Shown: one piece after another, positions 10,639 to 22,056 of the stretch
Layout of the letters: every line of letters begins with the position of its first letter
Numbering within the stretch: the stretch's first letter is position 1
Origin: an uncultured virus (IMG/VR IMGVR_UViG_3300025009_000076)
Lineage: Duplodnaviria > Heunggongvirae > Uroviricota > Caudoviricetes
Direction: 5' to 3' (one strand)
Length of the DNA: 64,000 nucleotides
IMG/VR virus record: IMGVR_UViG_3300025009_000076
Coordinates: 1 to 64,000 of that record
Program-made: the position numbers and the translations under genes
Notes under the pieces: model-generated
The model's input: the letters and a program-made list of their open reading frames with translations, nothing else
What the model was told of the DNA's origin: nothing
Databases searched by the model: none

Positions 10639-11278
10639 ATTGTTTTCCTTCTTTCAATTTGTATTTTTCTTCTTTGTTAGAGTAATTAACTCAATTCTTT
10701 CTGTATGAAGGAGAATTATACCCCTATAAATTCTCCTTATCTCTTTTGGCATACTTATATATTTCATCAGTCTCATTGCAGTATGCCATTTTTCTCTATC
10801 ACTAAAGTTTAAATGAACTGTGATTAACGCCATAAAGAACAAACAATGAGTGATGAGGGGAATTTTGTGCATCTATAAACCTCATACTCTTTATCAGAGC
10901 AATGCCTGTCTTTCAAGGTCTTACTAACTTATGCACATGATTTTAGGGAGGGTTTGTAATTGCACTAACATTGACCCAATTTTATCAAACCCTAAAACAA
11001 GTTTTTATTGTTGCTGTCTTGGCTTATGCAATTTCCAAAAATCATCACCACAACAATTTATAGAGGGAAGTTTACTGATGATAACAATTTTTATGTTACT
11101 TTGTAATAATTATTATAAAGAAATTAATATTACTATCTATTATAAGTTAATAATATTTGTTTAATCCAATTCATGTTCACAAATGTTTCCACGTTCATCT
11201 TCAGTAAACATATTAACCATCTCCTTCAGTAAACATAACATATCACCTCATAAATTAGATTGTAAATTAATAATAAAA

Positions 11279-11515
11279 TTAATCTTCTTCATCTTCCGAC
11301 TCTTCACTATCTTCATCCATTACATCTTCAATTGCTTCTTCTGTAATAGATAATTTTACATAGCATCCTGAGAAATTTTTAATTACCTCATGAAGATTCT
11401 TAACACCTTCATCTGGGATATTAATTACAATTACTGAATCTACAATTGTTAATTCACCTTCAGTTGCTAATTTATGTGTAATTTTCTTTGTTTCAGTGAG
11501 TTTTGATTTTGCCAT
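11279..11515 (-). CDS. YonK-like small protein
   Basis: L.EVIKNFSG..VKLSITEE pattern and position immediately after the HU gene, as in SPbeta. Confidence 0.6.
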   Translation of the reverse strand: MAKSKLTETKKITHKLATEGELTIVDSVIVINIPDEGVKNLHEVIKNFSGCYVKLSITEEAIEDVMDEDSEESEDEED

Positions 11516-11677
11516 TGTTTTGTTATTCCACCTTTTTATATTTATTTTATATTATGAATATATCATTTGTATTAAAGAATTTGCCTTACGCTCAAATATT
11601 GCAACGTATCGCTTTGCCTTATATTTAAAGATATCTATTAAATATAAGGACTTACTGTGCGATACAAGATTATATAT

Positions 11678-11962
11678 TTATTGCTTAACTAAATCTGCAA
11701 ACTCCTTACCAACTTTAAATCCAACCCTAAATGAATCTTCTGAAGTCCAAGTTTCACCTTTACGATCTCCAAATCGAATTATACCAGTTGTACCTTTAGT
11801 AGGTTTCTTCTCAAAGTTACCAAAATTAACGATTTTCACAGGTTCTCCAGTTGCTACAGTCTCTTTAATCACATCTAATACAACATTAATTGCTTTTTCG
11901 GCGTCCTTTTTTGACATTTCACCTTTTAAACTTACTGCTGTAATCATTTCGTTTTTCGTCAT
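11678..11962 (-). CDS. hup: HU family DNA-binding protein (YonN-like)
   Basis: MTKNEMI..V...SKKDA...V.IVNFGNF...FKVGKEF. Confidence 0.9.
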   Translation of the reverse strand: MTKNEMITAVSLKGEMSKKDAEKAINVVLDVIKETVATGEPVKIVNFGNFEKKPTKGTTGIIRFGDRKGETWTSEDSFRVGFKVGKEFADLVKQ

Positions 11963-12252
11963 GTTTTAATATATCCCCTTTTATTCTTAATTTTTATTTT
12001 TTGTTATTAATTGTTATGATGTTTTGGTATTTTAATCTAAAACCTTGTGAGTTTTAGATTATGTAGTTAATATTGGTGCATTGTGCTTTTTTATTAAGCA
12101 CAAAGACCTATCTTCAATGATTTTACTTTTCTACCTAACAAAAATCCATTAATATAATGACTACCCTCCTTGAATTAATTTAAAGAGGTAACAGATATAC
12201 ACTCTGTCCCTTGACTCCGTACAGAAAGACAGTCTGAGGGAGTAAAATTGTA

Positions 12253-13494
12253 TTATTTCTTCTCAAATAAATCTGAGAATATACCAGAAGCAACGCTTCT
12301 TACATCTTCTTCTAAATAAATGCACCCAAATTCTTTAGTTCCTTTTAATTCATTACACATTTGTACTAAAGCATTTCTTTCTGAAGAATCTACACTAGAT
12401 TGTTTATAATCTCCTGCTAAATAAATTTTAGATTTATCCCCTAGTCTTGTACCGACAAGTTTTAATTGCTTGGGCGAAAGATCCTCAGATTCATCGACAA
12501 CAATTACTGTCTCATCGTATGTTGTTCCTTTAAGGTAAAATGGAATATTAGATTCCAACACTCCACGGGATAAAAGGATTTGTAATTCTCTTTCTCCACC
12601 TTCTAATGAATGAACAATTGGTTTAAAGAACATTTCTGTTTTTTCTTCAAATGTGCCTTTAAGATATCCAACTTCTTTTCCTTCGCCTATTGCTTCTCTA
12701 ATTGCTAAAAGTTTATTAAAATCACCTTTATCTACTGTTTGATGCAATCCCATTCTTACACACAAATAAGTCTTTCCACTCCCGACTTTTCCGTTGACAC
12801 AAACTATTGGTATCTCTTTGTTATTCAACAAATCTAAAGCACATCTCTGTAAACTATTCTTACCTTTAATAACTTTTGAATCAGGTAGTTTCAATCCGAC
12901 AAACTTTTTACCATTAAATCTATATTCATTTTCTTTCTTTTCATCTGAATTATAAAATATTAGATACTCATTTACTACAAATTGATACTTATTGATGCCA
13001 TTATCAATGTCTGTAAAAAAGTTATTTATGAAGTTTGTATCTCCTGATAATTTTTGATATCCTTTATAAATATCATTAGATGTTTCACCACCATATTGTT
13101 TACAAGGAATATTAAGAGAATCACATTTAACTCTAAATAACATATCATTACTATAAGCGATTGTATTATTATCTTTTTCGTACAAAACCTTCAGAAGTGA
13201 GATTATTTTATTATCCATAATCCCTTTATCAAAGCATGAAGGAAGATTATTATAATCTGTTTCATCGATGATATATGTAATTTTGTCTCGATTAGCGTTT
13301 ATATATCTAGTCGCTCTACGGGCCTGAAATTTTACCTCTTCTGTTTTACCATTTTTCTTTAAATTATCTAATTCACCAAGAACAAATCCTGATAATTGTA
13401 TCCCCGAATCTGAAAAATCTTCAAAAACTTTTTTAGGGTGATCCATTAATACATTTGAATCAATGTAAGGTGATTGACATGGTTTATCGGGCAA
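12253..13494 (-). CDS. phoH: PIN-domain + PhoH-family ATPase
   Basis: N-terminal IDSNVL, ELD.LK, D..I PIN motifs; GKVGSGKT, GYLKG, VDE, GD.KQ. Confidence 0.85.
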   Translation of the reverse strand: MPDKPCQSPYIDSNVLMDHPKKVFEDFSDSGIQLSGFVLGELDNLKKNGKTEEVKFQARRATRYINANRDKITYIIDETDYNNLPSCFDKGIMDNKIISLLKVLYEKDNNTIAYSNDMLFRVKCDSLNIPCKQYGGETSNDIYKGYQKLSGDTNFINNFFTDIDNGINKYQFVVNEYLIFYNSDEKKENEYRFNGKKFVGLKLPDSKVIKGKNSLQRCALDLLNNKEIPIVCVNGKVGSGKTYLCVRMGLHQTVDKGDFNKLLAIREAIGEGKEVGYLKGTFEEKTEMFFKPIVHSLEGGERELQILLSRGVLESNIPFYLKGTTYDETVIVVDESEDLSPKQLKLVGTRLGDKSKIYLAGDYKQSSVDSSERNALVQMCNELKGTKEFGCIYLEEDVRSVASGIFSDLFEKK

Positions 13495-13533
13495 TATAAA
13501 CCAATCCTCTACTATTTATTTTACTACTTAGTA

Positions 13534-13809
13534 TCATAAGACACGTTTGCTATTGTTACTATTATCCATACCACTACTAAACAAATACCTTTGATTATCT
13601 TTTATATCATCAATAGTCTGTTTATTTTTATCGTTTTGTTTCAATCTGAGTAGATAATTATAGTATGGGTCTGTAATGTAACGTTGTTTACGAGATTTGC
13701 TACTGAATTTTCCTATTACTACTAGATTATCTCCATAGTTGCCGTGATGTTGTTTGAGAATTTTTAGATTGATTAAGTATGACATTTCTTGTTTTGTAAT
13801 TTTTTTCAA
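13534..13809 (-). CDS. Hypothetical protein
   Basis: 91 aa ORF, SD AAGGAG, TTG start. Confidence 0.6.
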   Translation of the reverse strand: MKKITKQEMSYLINLKILKQHHGNYGDNLVVIGKFSSKSRKQRYITDPYYNYLLRLKQNDKNKQTIDDIKDNQRYLFSSGMDNSNNSKRVL

Positions 13810-14504
13810 TGTATGTTATTGATGCTCCTTTTGGGATTGTTTTTGGAGTTTAATTGTTTTGTTATGTTTTTAATTATAAGATATTTTTTATATAAATCGC
13901 AATCGACCAATACGATTTAATAACTAATTTAGTAGGGAAGAGTAAGTAATAAATTTAAAACCTACTCTTTTACCCTCTATTTAGTTCGATATGCTGTGGT
14001 CTAACACAAGTCCTCACCTCTGTAAATCGGGTTTGGCAAATTTTCATGTGCTAACAGCATATTTGTCTCCTATTTTCATCCGACCAAAGACTACTCATAT
14101 TCGACGTTGATTTAGTTGAGATTTTGTATTATCTAAAACCCTTTAGTGCATATTTCAGCGTTACTTCGATAATACATGCCAAATTATCTTCAAGTCCTAT
14201 TGGCAAAACTCGATAGATAATTTTAAGCAAAGTTTTCTACTAACATAGCCAATTGTGTATGATTTAGTTAGTAAGGAAAGATTAATGGTCTTAAATTTTG
14301 TATGAACGTAAGGGTATAATTAATTTAAAATCATACCCTTCTTTAAAGGGTGTTTGCATATCTCTTATTTTTGTATATTAGTCTATGTTTCCCTTAGAGA
14401 CTATTATGGCAAAACGCTGAAAGTGTTGGTATGACTACGTTTGAGTAAATCAAGTAATATAGCTGTTTTTCAAACCCTTGTGGGAGTAGGGTTGTAGAGG
14501 TTTT

Positions 14505-15440
14505 CTATTTTCGACTATTTCTATTTTTTTGCATCCTCTCCCTATCCTTCTTCATTTTTATGTCTTTTGCACACTTTTCACAATACTTAGATTTATTGTT
14601 TTCTTGTACTATTAAATCACCACAAACTTCACAATATATTTTACTAGTTTCCACATTTGTTTTCAGATTATCAACAATAATATCCCCAAAGCACTCCCAT
14701 AAAGTAGTTTTAAAGTTTGACTTCTTAAATTCATACAGATATTTTACTAACACATCTGTTACATAATAAACATCACTATTTATTTCTAGTATGCTTTTTA
14801 CAATTTCTTGATATAAATAAATCACATTGTTTTGTTCATCTTCCTCATATGTAGAATTTATCATAAAATGCTTTTTTAAATCTAACTCCTTATATTTTTT
14901 TATAATATCTTCGTTTAACTCCACTTTTTTATTTCTCATAAGCATTTTATAATCAAAATTTCCTAATCCTGTAGCAGTAAAACTAATTTTAGTATTTGGA
15001 ATTATCTTCTCTAATCTATTTACAACGCTATTGTTAACTAATTCAACCTTATCTTTCTCTTTATCTTTAGCATAAATAAAAAAATGAGGGGTCTTTAATT
15101 TAGTATAATCAGTAATCATATTCTTTTTAGACTTTGGTCTTACTGGTTTATACAAAGTTTTAGCATAATCAATTGTAAAATTGTTTTCCATACATAGTAA
15201 TTTAATTACATCTAAATTTACTTTACCACTATTCCATATCTTTGTAATATTATTACTACCCATTCCAATGTTTCCACCAGTATATGCCATTTTTAAACCA
15301 TTATAAATACTTTTTTTAGTAATTAATTCTGCTGGTGCTTTTCTCATATTATAATAAAGTGGAACTATATCTTTCATATTACGTTCTGCAATTGAAATTA
15401 ATGTAGGACAAGCAACAACTAAAGATTTATCTCCATCTAC
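14505..15440 (-). CDS. yonO: YonO-like RNA polymerase, exon 2
   Basis: Begins VDGDKSLVV, completing DxDGD; NFTIDYAKT motif; C-terminal Zn ribbon. Confidence 0.85.
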   Translation of the reverse strand, partial: VDGDKSLVVACPTLISIAERNMKDIVPLYYNMRKAPAELITKKSIYNGLKMAYTGGNIGMGSNNITKIWNSGKVNLDVIKLLCMENNFTIDYAKTLYKPVRPKSKKNMITDYTKLKTPHFFIYAKDKEKDKVELVNNSVVNRLEKIIPNTKISFTATGLGNFDYKMLMRNKKVELNEDIIKKYKELDLKKHFMINSTYEEDEQNNVIYLYQEIVKSILEINSDVYYVTDVLVKYLYEFKKSNFKTTLWECFGDIIVDNLKTNVETSKIYCEVCGDLIVQENNKSKYCEKCAKDIKMKKDRERMQKNRNSRK

Positions 15441-16520
15441 CGCGTAATCCATACTTTTATATGGCACAGACTATATCTTCATAATAATACATTACAGTAT
15501 TATTATGCTTGGCGTTTCGAGTTATGATTTTCACATAATCTCTACTCTACTCGGTTATTCGGAAATATTTTTCAATTTCCTATCCTTTCGATAGTCGTTA
15601 GAGGTTATCGGTCTATTCTTTTAATATTATTTTATAATTTAATAAACTTAAAATTCTTATATGGAACATCGTTTTTAATACTTCTTCTAATACCAAGTCT
15701 TACAATTTCCGCATTACTTGAAAATCCATAATTATTATGTAGGTATTCACAACATAAACCTATATAATCAAATTCTTTTAAAAAATTCATATTCTGATCA
15801 TATAATTGTATTTTTGTTGACATTCCATTTTTAATGCCTTTTCTTGATTGTTTCTCTAAAGCTAAATCTGGGTTTTCCTTATATTTTATTTTTAATGTAT
15901 CATTATTATAATTAGGATTGGAAGAACCCATTTTTACTTCACTCATTTTAATTAACCAATCTTCATAATTATCTCCCATCCTTTCTTTTGGGGATACTCC
16001 AAATTGACTATTTAGTTCTCCTTTATGGGTTTCTGATATTTTTATTTTTGTTTCTTGTGAGTGTATGTATCCACTAATACCTTCACCACCATTCGTATAA
16101 TTGCAATTACATTGATTATTACTTTTATATTTTTCAATTGTATCTTTTTCTAATTTAAAAGATTCCTCTTCTTTTAAATTAGAATGGGTTATTCTAACAT
16201 CGCAATTATATTTATTTTTATAATTCAGAAAGTGTTTACTTCTGACTGACTTTGTAGACAATTTATATCTTTTTCCACATCCCTTACCAACATAAAACAC
16301 ATATCCCGTATCAACATTATACCACTCATAAATGTAAAAATTATTTATAGCCTTTCAAACCCCCTCTAAAGGTTTAAAAGAATAGACCGATTTTCCTACG
16401 GGATTGTCGGTGACATTACTCACTACGATTTCCCCGTTAGCCATATAACTATTTTTTCCGATGTTATATGACACCCTATTTTTATAGGTTAGCCAAGTTT
16501 TGATTCGACATGTAATGTCT
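15441..16520 (-). mobile_element. Group I intron (IA-like) in the RNA polymerase gene
   Basis: 5' exon ends in U with P1 UUCGAU/GUCGAA; terminal G; R element CUAACGACUA and S element AAGAUAUAGUC (P7); removal restores LQFD-VDGD in frame. Confidence 0.9.
15632..16348 (-). CDS. Intron-encoded GIY-YIG homing endonuclease with NUMOD3-type motif
   Basis: FYIYEW...FYVGKG..R, N.TNGGEG, HSQETKIKIS; ORF looped out by a 15-bp stem (15608-15622 / 16376-16390); probable ATA start. Confidence 0.8.
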   Translation of the reverse strand: MNNFYIYEWYNVDTGYVFYVGKGCGKRYKLSTKSVRSKHFLNYKNKYNCDVRITHSNLKEEESFKLEKDTIEKYKSNNQCNCNYTNGGEGISGYIHSQETKIKISETHKGELNSQFGVSPKERMGDNYEDWLIKMSEVKMGSSNPNYNNDTLKIKYKENPDLALEKQSRKGIKNGMSTKIQLYDQNMNFLKEFDYIGLCCEYLHNNYGFSSNAEIVRLGIRRSIKNDVPYKNFKFIKL

Positions 16521-18203
16521 ATCGAATTGTAAAATTTTGGATATTAGATCATGACAAGATGTGTATACTCCATTAGTTATAAACCAGTCTTTCTTTTTAT
16601 CATCAATTACATTGTTTCTAATTGCATGTTCTCTATACAAATGTGGGCTTCGCAAGCAATCTAACTTAGGATAAGTTTCATATAATTTACAATACACGTC
16701 TCCATCATTAAGTAATCCTTTTGGATTTTTATCTCCAAGAATTAAAAATTCACAAAAGGCATAAATATCTGGAATAATGAATGTATATACTCCATTTATA
16801 TCTAATTTTGCAGACCTACCTTCTTTAACCATGCTTTTTTTAACTTGTTTTAATATTTCTTTACTGTATGTATCATTCAACAATTCAGGATAAATCTCTA
16901 ATGCTTGCTGAATATTGTTTTTATTTTTATTTGATTTTTTTACCCCCAATACCTTTAACATTGTCTTTCTATCTCTACCGATGTTCAGTATATTATGTTT
17001 AGTAGTTTTCGCAATTATTTCTAATTCTTTATTATCCATATCTGTTAATGTCTGAAGCATCTGATAATTTATTTTTGCGTCACTAAAATCAATTTCTTCT
17101 TCATTACATTTCCCAGCTTGGCACTTATATTTTAAATAATTGTCTTTATAAACATCCCATCCATACTTAGTAATTACTTCTTGCTCATTATGGCTATTTT
17201 GATAATATTTATACATTTTGAATTGACTACGTGTAAAAATTACCTCTATTCCTTCTTTTATAATATCGTGTTCTTTTCCATAAATATCGAATATATTGCC
17301 ATATATTTTACCTTCCTCATTTTTATTTGCTTCAATAATGAATTTATCAAATGCAAATGGGACTAGCAATCCCTTTATCCACGGTAATCTAACCATCATG
17401 CTTTTATCACTTAAACTTGGTAACATCATTCCACATCCATCTGTATGAGAAACTGGGATTTTCATTTTTTGTCTAATAATTTCATATGTTATATCATTTA
17501 TAAAATCGACAACACCTTCTACTTCTGTTTCCATATCTTCCACAACAATTGATTTTGTAATATCAAATTCTTTCCATACATCTGTCGCTGAATTTGCTAA
17601 GGCTAAGTAAGCTAAGTATTTATTAATATTTACTCCACCTAATACATTAATATCTTCAATTGTTAATCCGCACATTAATGTATTCCTATATTCTAATAAA
17701 ATACTTTCCTTAATAAAAACTGTCTTTTTTGTTCTTATTTGTCCTGCACTGGCAGTTAAACATACATATTTTTCATTTCCGAACATAAAATCATCAAGTA
17801 TTATGTCTTCAATTACATCAAAGAAATATGTTTGAACAATAATAATATCAGCAGTTAATGTATTTTCTGGAATCTGTATTGTTCTTGTAAGAACTGAATC
17901 AAAAACAGAAATTACATTGTATTTATTTAACGCATCTCTACGTAAATTTCTAATACCACTATTTAATTTGAATTCATCATATAAAGAATTTTTATATTTT
18001 TTTAATCTCATATTGGTATTCTGTATAAACTTCTCCAGAATACCAATATATTTTGAATCAGATTTTAATTTACTTATCTTTTTTATTAATTTGTTTCTAA
18101 GATAATAGTTTTTATTCAAACGTTTATGTATAATCATTTCTTTATCATTATAAAAACTACTGGTATCAACACTATAGATATGAATTTGTTTATTTAGACT
18201 AAT
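16521..18203 (-). CDS. yonO: YonO-like single-subunit RNA polymerase, exon 1 (ATT start)
   Basis: LNKQIHIYSVDTS.FY N-terminus, SAGQIRTKK, HTDGCGM, RLPW.KG, LRSPHLY.EH, ILQFD; spliced product 872 aa. Confidence 0.85.
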
Positions 18204-18218
18204 ATTGATCTCCTCCTT

Positions 18219-18863
18219 TTAATCTTCAAAGAACCATGCATCTGCGGGATCGTTTGGATCTAAACTTGCTATAAACTCTCTATTTTCATCATAAGATGAT
18301 TTGGTTTGTCCATCATGATTTTTTGATTTCCACATAGGACATTCATCGTTATAACAATACTTTTCTTCACAAGTATCATCAAAGTCCTCTTCTCCATTGC
18401 ACATATCTAGAGCATCATTGCATTCTTCATGTGCATTTTCTGGATAATATTCACGATATTCTCTACATTCAGGACACATTTGTTCTCCACATTCTTCACA
18501 TATTTTTATATCAGAATAAATTGATTCTTTTTCACAATGCTCACAATCATATAAACCATTTCTGGGGAAACTAATTGAACTACACCATATAGCATGTTTT
18601 AAATATTTTAATACTTCTAAAAATTCTTTGGTATATTTATTGTCCTTATACAATTGTATTTCACTATATTTATCTTCAATTACTTTTTGAAATAAAGATC
18701 CCCATTCATTATTGATTGTATCTCTAAATTCATAAAATAAATACTCATTATTATTCAATCCATTAATATGTTTATTTGTCTTTCTTTGATCGGTGTATAA
18801 ATAAGATTCTAGCCCCTCTATTCCATTTTCAACAACCAAATATGCAACTCTATTCTTTTTCAT
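18219..18863 (-). CDS. Cys-rich hypothetical protein
   Basis: SD GGAGG, several CxxC. Confidence 0.65.
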   Translation of the reverse strand: MKKNRVAYLVVENGIEGLESYLYTDQRKTNKHINGLNNNEYLFYEFRDTINNEWGSLFQKVIEDKYSEIQLYKDNKYTKEFLEVLKYLKHAIWCSSISFPRNGLYDCEHCEKESIYSDIKICEECGEQMCPECREYREYYPENAHEECNDALDMCNGEEDFDDTCEEKYCYNDECPMWKSKNHDGQTKSSYDENREFIASLDPNDPADAWFFED

Positions 18864-18952
18864 ATAATTATTCCTCCGTCTTTCATTTATTAATATAGGT
18901 ATAAGGAGAGCAAAATACTCTCCTACCCATCCAAAATTCACACAAATCCCAT

Positions 18953-19378
18953 CTAATCCAACTGTCTCAATTTATATCCACCATAACTCTTTCCATCTCT
19001 CAAACACATTAATGCATCCATCATTCCTTCAAATATATCTCTAATTCTAAGCAAACTACCTTTCTCTACAGCAAATATTTCATATTCAATGCCATTAAAC
19101 AACTTATCATACATTTTTAACAAATCATCTTCTTTCATCTGCCAAGCAGTAACACCATTTGATTTATAATTATGAGGATTAACCATTATACAATCATAAA
19201 TATTATCTAATTTTTCAATATAAACAGTAACTCCATCTTCTTTAAATTGAATTGTCAACATATCATTGTTATTCAAGTGTTTTACTATATCTGAGTAATT
19301 ATTTTCAACAAAATTAAGATTCAATCTTGGTCTTTTGATATTCATATTGTTTTTGTTATTTTTACTCTTATTTTTCAT
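18953..19378 (-). CDS. Hypothetical protein
   Basis: SD AAGGAG before MKNKSK. Confidence 0.65.
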   Translation of the reverse strand: MKNKSKNNKNNMNIKRPRLNLNFVENNYSDIVKHLNNNDMLTIQFKEDGVTVYIEKLDNIYDCIMVNPHNYKSNGVTAWQMKEDDLLKMYDKLFNGIEYEIFAVEKGSLLRIRDIFEGMMDALMCLRDGKSYGGYKLRQLD

Positions 19379-19458
19379 ATTATTTCTCCTTCTTGCTATT
19401 GATTGCAACCCATAATATTATTCTAATCTATCCCTTAAAACTCACCTTCTATGGGATA

Positions 19459-19662
19459 TTATTTATCCATTCTAACTGTTCCACATTCAGGATATAAATC
19501 AACTGTCAATGGTCTTCTATTCTCTACATATTCATAATTATTATTAAACGGCATATTTCTTTTAGGATTAGATATTGTAAAATCATATATTTTTGTAGTA
19601 TTTGTGTCTCTTATACGTATTTCAGTAAACTCACCAGAATAATTACAAACTTTGCAAATCAT
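19459..19662 (-). CDS. Small hypothetical protein
   Basis: ORF overlapping upstream gene end. Confidence 0.55.
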   Translation of the reverse strand: MICKVCNYSGEFTEIRIRDTNTTKIYDFTISNPKRNMPFNNNYEYVENRRPLTVDLYPECGTVRMDK

Positions 19663-19918
19663 TATATTCCCTCATTTCACTCTTATTATGCCATAAAAAT
19701 CTCTTTACCTCACCTTCAAACCAAATCTGATTTATAAATGGTTCATCTGAATATTTAGCACAAAAATGATAATAATGATTATCTCTTTTATCAAACCAAT
19801 AAAAATGAGGCCATTTACATTCAAATATTTCTAACCATGAACCACGTTTTATAATTTTTATATTTGTAGGATTTAATATGTATTGTTTTATTGAATGTAA
19901 TAGACAATTGCTATACAT
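19643..19918 (-). CDS. Hypothetical protein
   Basis: SD AAGGAG; WPHFYW motif. Confidence 0.6.
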   Translation of the reverse strand: MYSNCLLHSIKQYILNPTNIKIIKRGSWLEIFECKWPHFYWFDKRDNHYYHFCAKYSDEPFINQIWFEGEVKRFLWHNKSEMREYNDLQSL

Positions 19919-20426
19919 TATTGTTTAACTTCTCCTTTCTAAATTCCATTCGTAACTTACACATTTCTCTATTATAACTATTTTTAATTCTTAACTCTTT
20001 CATAAAATCAATCAAATAATCCTTAACTATTTTGAAATTACACATAGAAGTAAAATTTAAAATCTTAATACTTGATTTTCCAACTCTATCAAAACTATCT
20101 TCTTTATACCAATCAACTAACACAGGATACTCGTCCTCAGATGGAACTAATGTATCTTTATTAATATTTTTTAATAAAAATTCTTCTAATTCAGATATAT
20201 CTTTTATTAATAAACCACCTTCCTCATCATCTCCTTCATAATCATAATTTTCATATTTGACATCTAATTCTTCACAAATGTCCCATATATTTTCAAACAT
20301 AGGAACATCATTTCCTACATAATCTTCTGCACCATGTTTAAGAAAGAATTTTAATAGTCTAATAAACTCTGAATGATTATTGATTATACATTTATGACCA
20401 CTATATTTATAATCTTTTAATGCCAT
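19911..20426 (-). CDS. Hypothetical protein
   Basis: SD AAGGAG, 171 aa. Confidence 0.7.
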   Translation of the reverse strand: MALKDYKYSGHKCIINNHSEFIRLLKFFLKHGAEDYVGNDVPMFENIWDICEELDVKYENYDYEGDDEEGGLLIKDISELEEFLLKNINKDTLVPSEDEYPVLVDWYKEDSFDRVGKSSIKILNFTSMCNFKIVKDYLIDFMKELRIKNSYNREMCKLRMEFRKEKLNNNV

Positions 20427-20460
20427 TAATTTATATCTCCTTTATTAATATTACTTTATT

Positions 20461-20670
20461 TTAATAATCCATTTCTGCACAAGGAACTGAATTTAAACCA
20501 TATTTATTATCACACGTTTTACATATGTAATTACCTGAATCTAAATCATAATAGATATATTTTATATTTGTCATACGTTTTCCACAGTGAACACATCGTT
20601 CATCAACTCTATCTAATTCTACATCGCTATAATTACTATCCCCTCCTTTACATTGCTTTAACTTTGTCAT
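20461..20670 (-). CDS. Small Zn-finger protein
   Basis: CVHC...CKTC; SD GGAGG. Confidence 0.55.
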   Translation of the reverse strand: MTKLKQCKGGDSNYSDVELDRVDERCVHCGKRMTNIKYIYYDLDSGNYICKTCDNKYGLNSVPCAEMDY

Positions 20671-21091
20671 TATGCATATCCTCCGATGTCCCAGTAGAAT
20701 TATTATAATCCTCAGTAATAAACTTACCAATAGAATCTGTTAAATCAATCAACGTCAGTTCAACATTAGTATCTAACAATTCAAATAATATTTTTTCTAA
20801 TGAAAAATTTCCAACAAAATAAGATTCAACTTTTGTGTTATAATTCTCTCTACCAATGATTAATTTCCCAAAACCTTTGTGCTCTATGCCTGTAATATAT
20901 TCTACTAGCTTTACTTCAATTAATTTATCAACTGTATTTTTAGAAGAAAAAATTGTATCTAGAATTTGAGTTACTGATTTGGTTGAGTTGTCGATTATTG
21001 ATGTGATTATGTAGTTTGGTTTATTTAGTTTGTTGGATATGGAGGGGATTTCTGATAGGGATATTGTTCCTGAGAGTGTTAGTTTTTGCAT
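20648..21091 (-). CDS. Hypothetical protein
   Basis: SD GAAGG before MQKLTL. Confidence 0.6.
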   Translation of the reverse strand: MQKLTLSGTISLSEIPSISNKLNKPNYIITSIIDNSTKSVTQILDTIFSSKNTVDKLIEVKLVEYITGIEHKGFGKLIIGRENYNTKVESYFVGNFSLEKILFELLDTNVELTLIDLTDSIGKFITEDYNNSTGTSEDMHNDKVKAM

Positions 21092-21345
21092 TATATTTTG
21101 CCTTCTTTCTATTATTAATATTATTTTGTATTTTAGATTTGTAACCAAGGGTTGATATGCCGATTATAGACTTTTTATAATAATTAAAATAAACCTCTGT
21201 AACCATTGTGAGAGTAGTATTACATGTTATTTATAATCATTACATATTTCATAAAAATTTAGCTAGAATCAATTGTAATAATTTGTTGGTAAGATTGTGT
21301 CAAATAGTAAATCTACACCTTAAATGGACTATAAATTTCAATTAT

Positions 21346-21747
21346 TTATTTATTTTTATTAGATTCTTCTTTTAACTTTGCTTTTAATTTATCTTGTTTT
21401 TGTTTAAGTTTTAAGTCTTTTAGTTGTTGATTACTCCCCATTGTCATTATCTTGATTATTTTATGTATTCTATGAATGTCTTCAGTGTTAAAAATCAACA
21501 CAGCTTCTTCGCATACCTCACCACTTATGTAAGTCCATACCTTTATATTTTCTGCTTCAAACTTTGGCATTAAAGTATTTACTGAACTTGCACCAGAGGG
21601 TAGATAAAGTGCTAGAGTTGAATCTGAATATTTATAAACTTGACCGTTGTAGCGACATTTCAAATAGTTGTCATTTTTGTTCTTGCTGATAGATCCGTCT
21701 GTGTTCAAAGTATGAAAAACTGTATATGTCCCAATATAGTCTAAAAT
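21346..21747 (-). CDS. Hypothetical protein (ATT start)
   Basis: SD AAGGAGGTGA, 6 nt, ATT in frame with the track ORF. Confidence 0.65.
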   Translation of the reverse strand: MLDYIGTYTVFHTLNTDGSISKNKNDNYLKCRYNGQVYKYSDSTLALYLPSGASSVNTLMPKFEAENIKVWTYISGEVCEEAVLIFNTEDIHRIHKIIKIMTMGSNQQLKDLKLKQKQDKLKAKLKEESNKNK

Positions 21748-21793
21748 TTCTTTTCACCTCCTTAAATAATATTTATTTTAGTATTTATAAAAT

Positions 21794-21967
21794 TCAATAT
21801 GTATTATAACTATACATTAACTTCTTATTATCACATTCTTCACAAACTAAATGAACCCAATGTTCTGTGTAACTGTCATCATACCACATATTAAATTTTT
21901 CAGTATGTTTTATTGAAGTATTATTACTGTTACAAGCTTTACACTCAATATGAAAACCTATATCCAT
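21794..21967 (-). CDS. Small Zn-ribbon protein
   Basis: CKAC...CEEC; SD AAGGAGGTGA; own promoter. Confidence 0.65.
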   Translation of the reverse strand: MDIGFHIECKACNSNNTSIKHTEKFNMWYDDSYTEHWVHLVCEECDNKKLMYSYNTY

Positions 21968-21993
21968 TAATCTCACCTCCTTTGCTACTTAAT

Positions 21994-22023
21994 TATTATA
22001 ACATTATTTTTACAACATGTCAA
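21994..22023 (-). promoter_or_regulatory. sigmaA promoter
   Basis: TTGACA-17-TATAAT; related promoters near 23792-23820, 28988-29017 and 31526-31555. Confidence 0.75.
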
Positions 22024-22056
22024 ATAATTATTTATTACTTTATACACCTATGTATT

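Noticed and set aside
15441..15467. MPYKSMDYA as the N-terminus of an independent 320 aa protein
   Set aside because: These codons are intron 3' sequence; the true frame joins exon 1.
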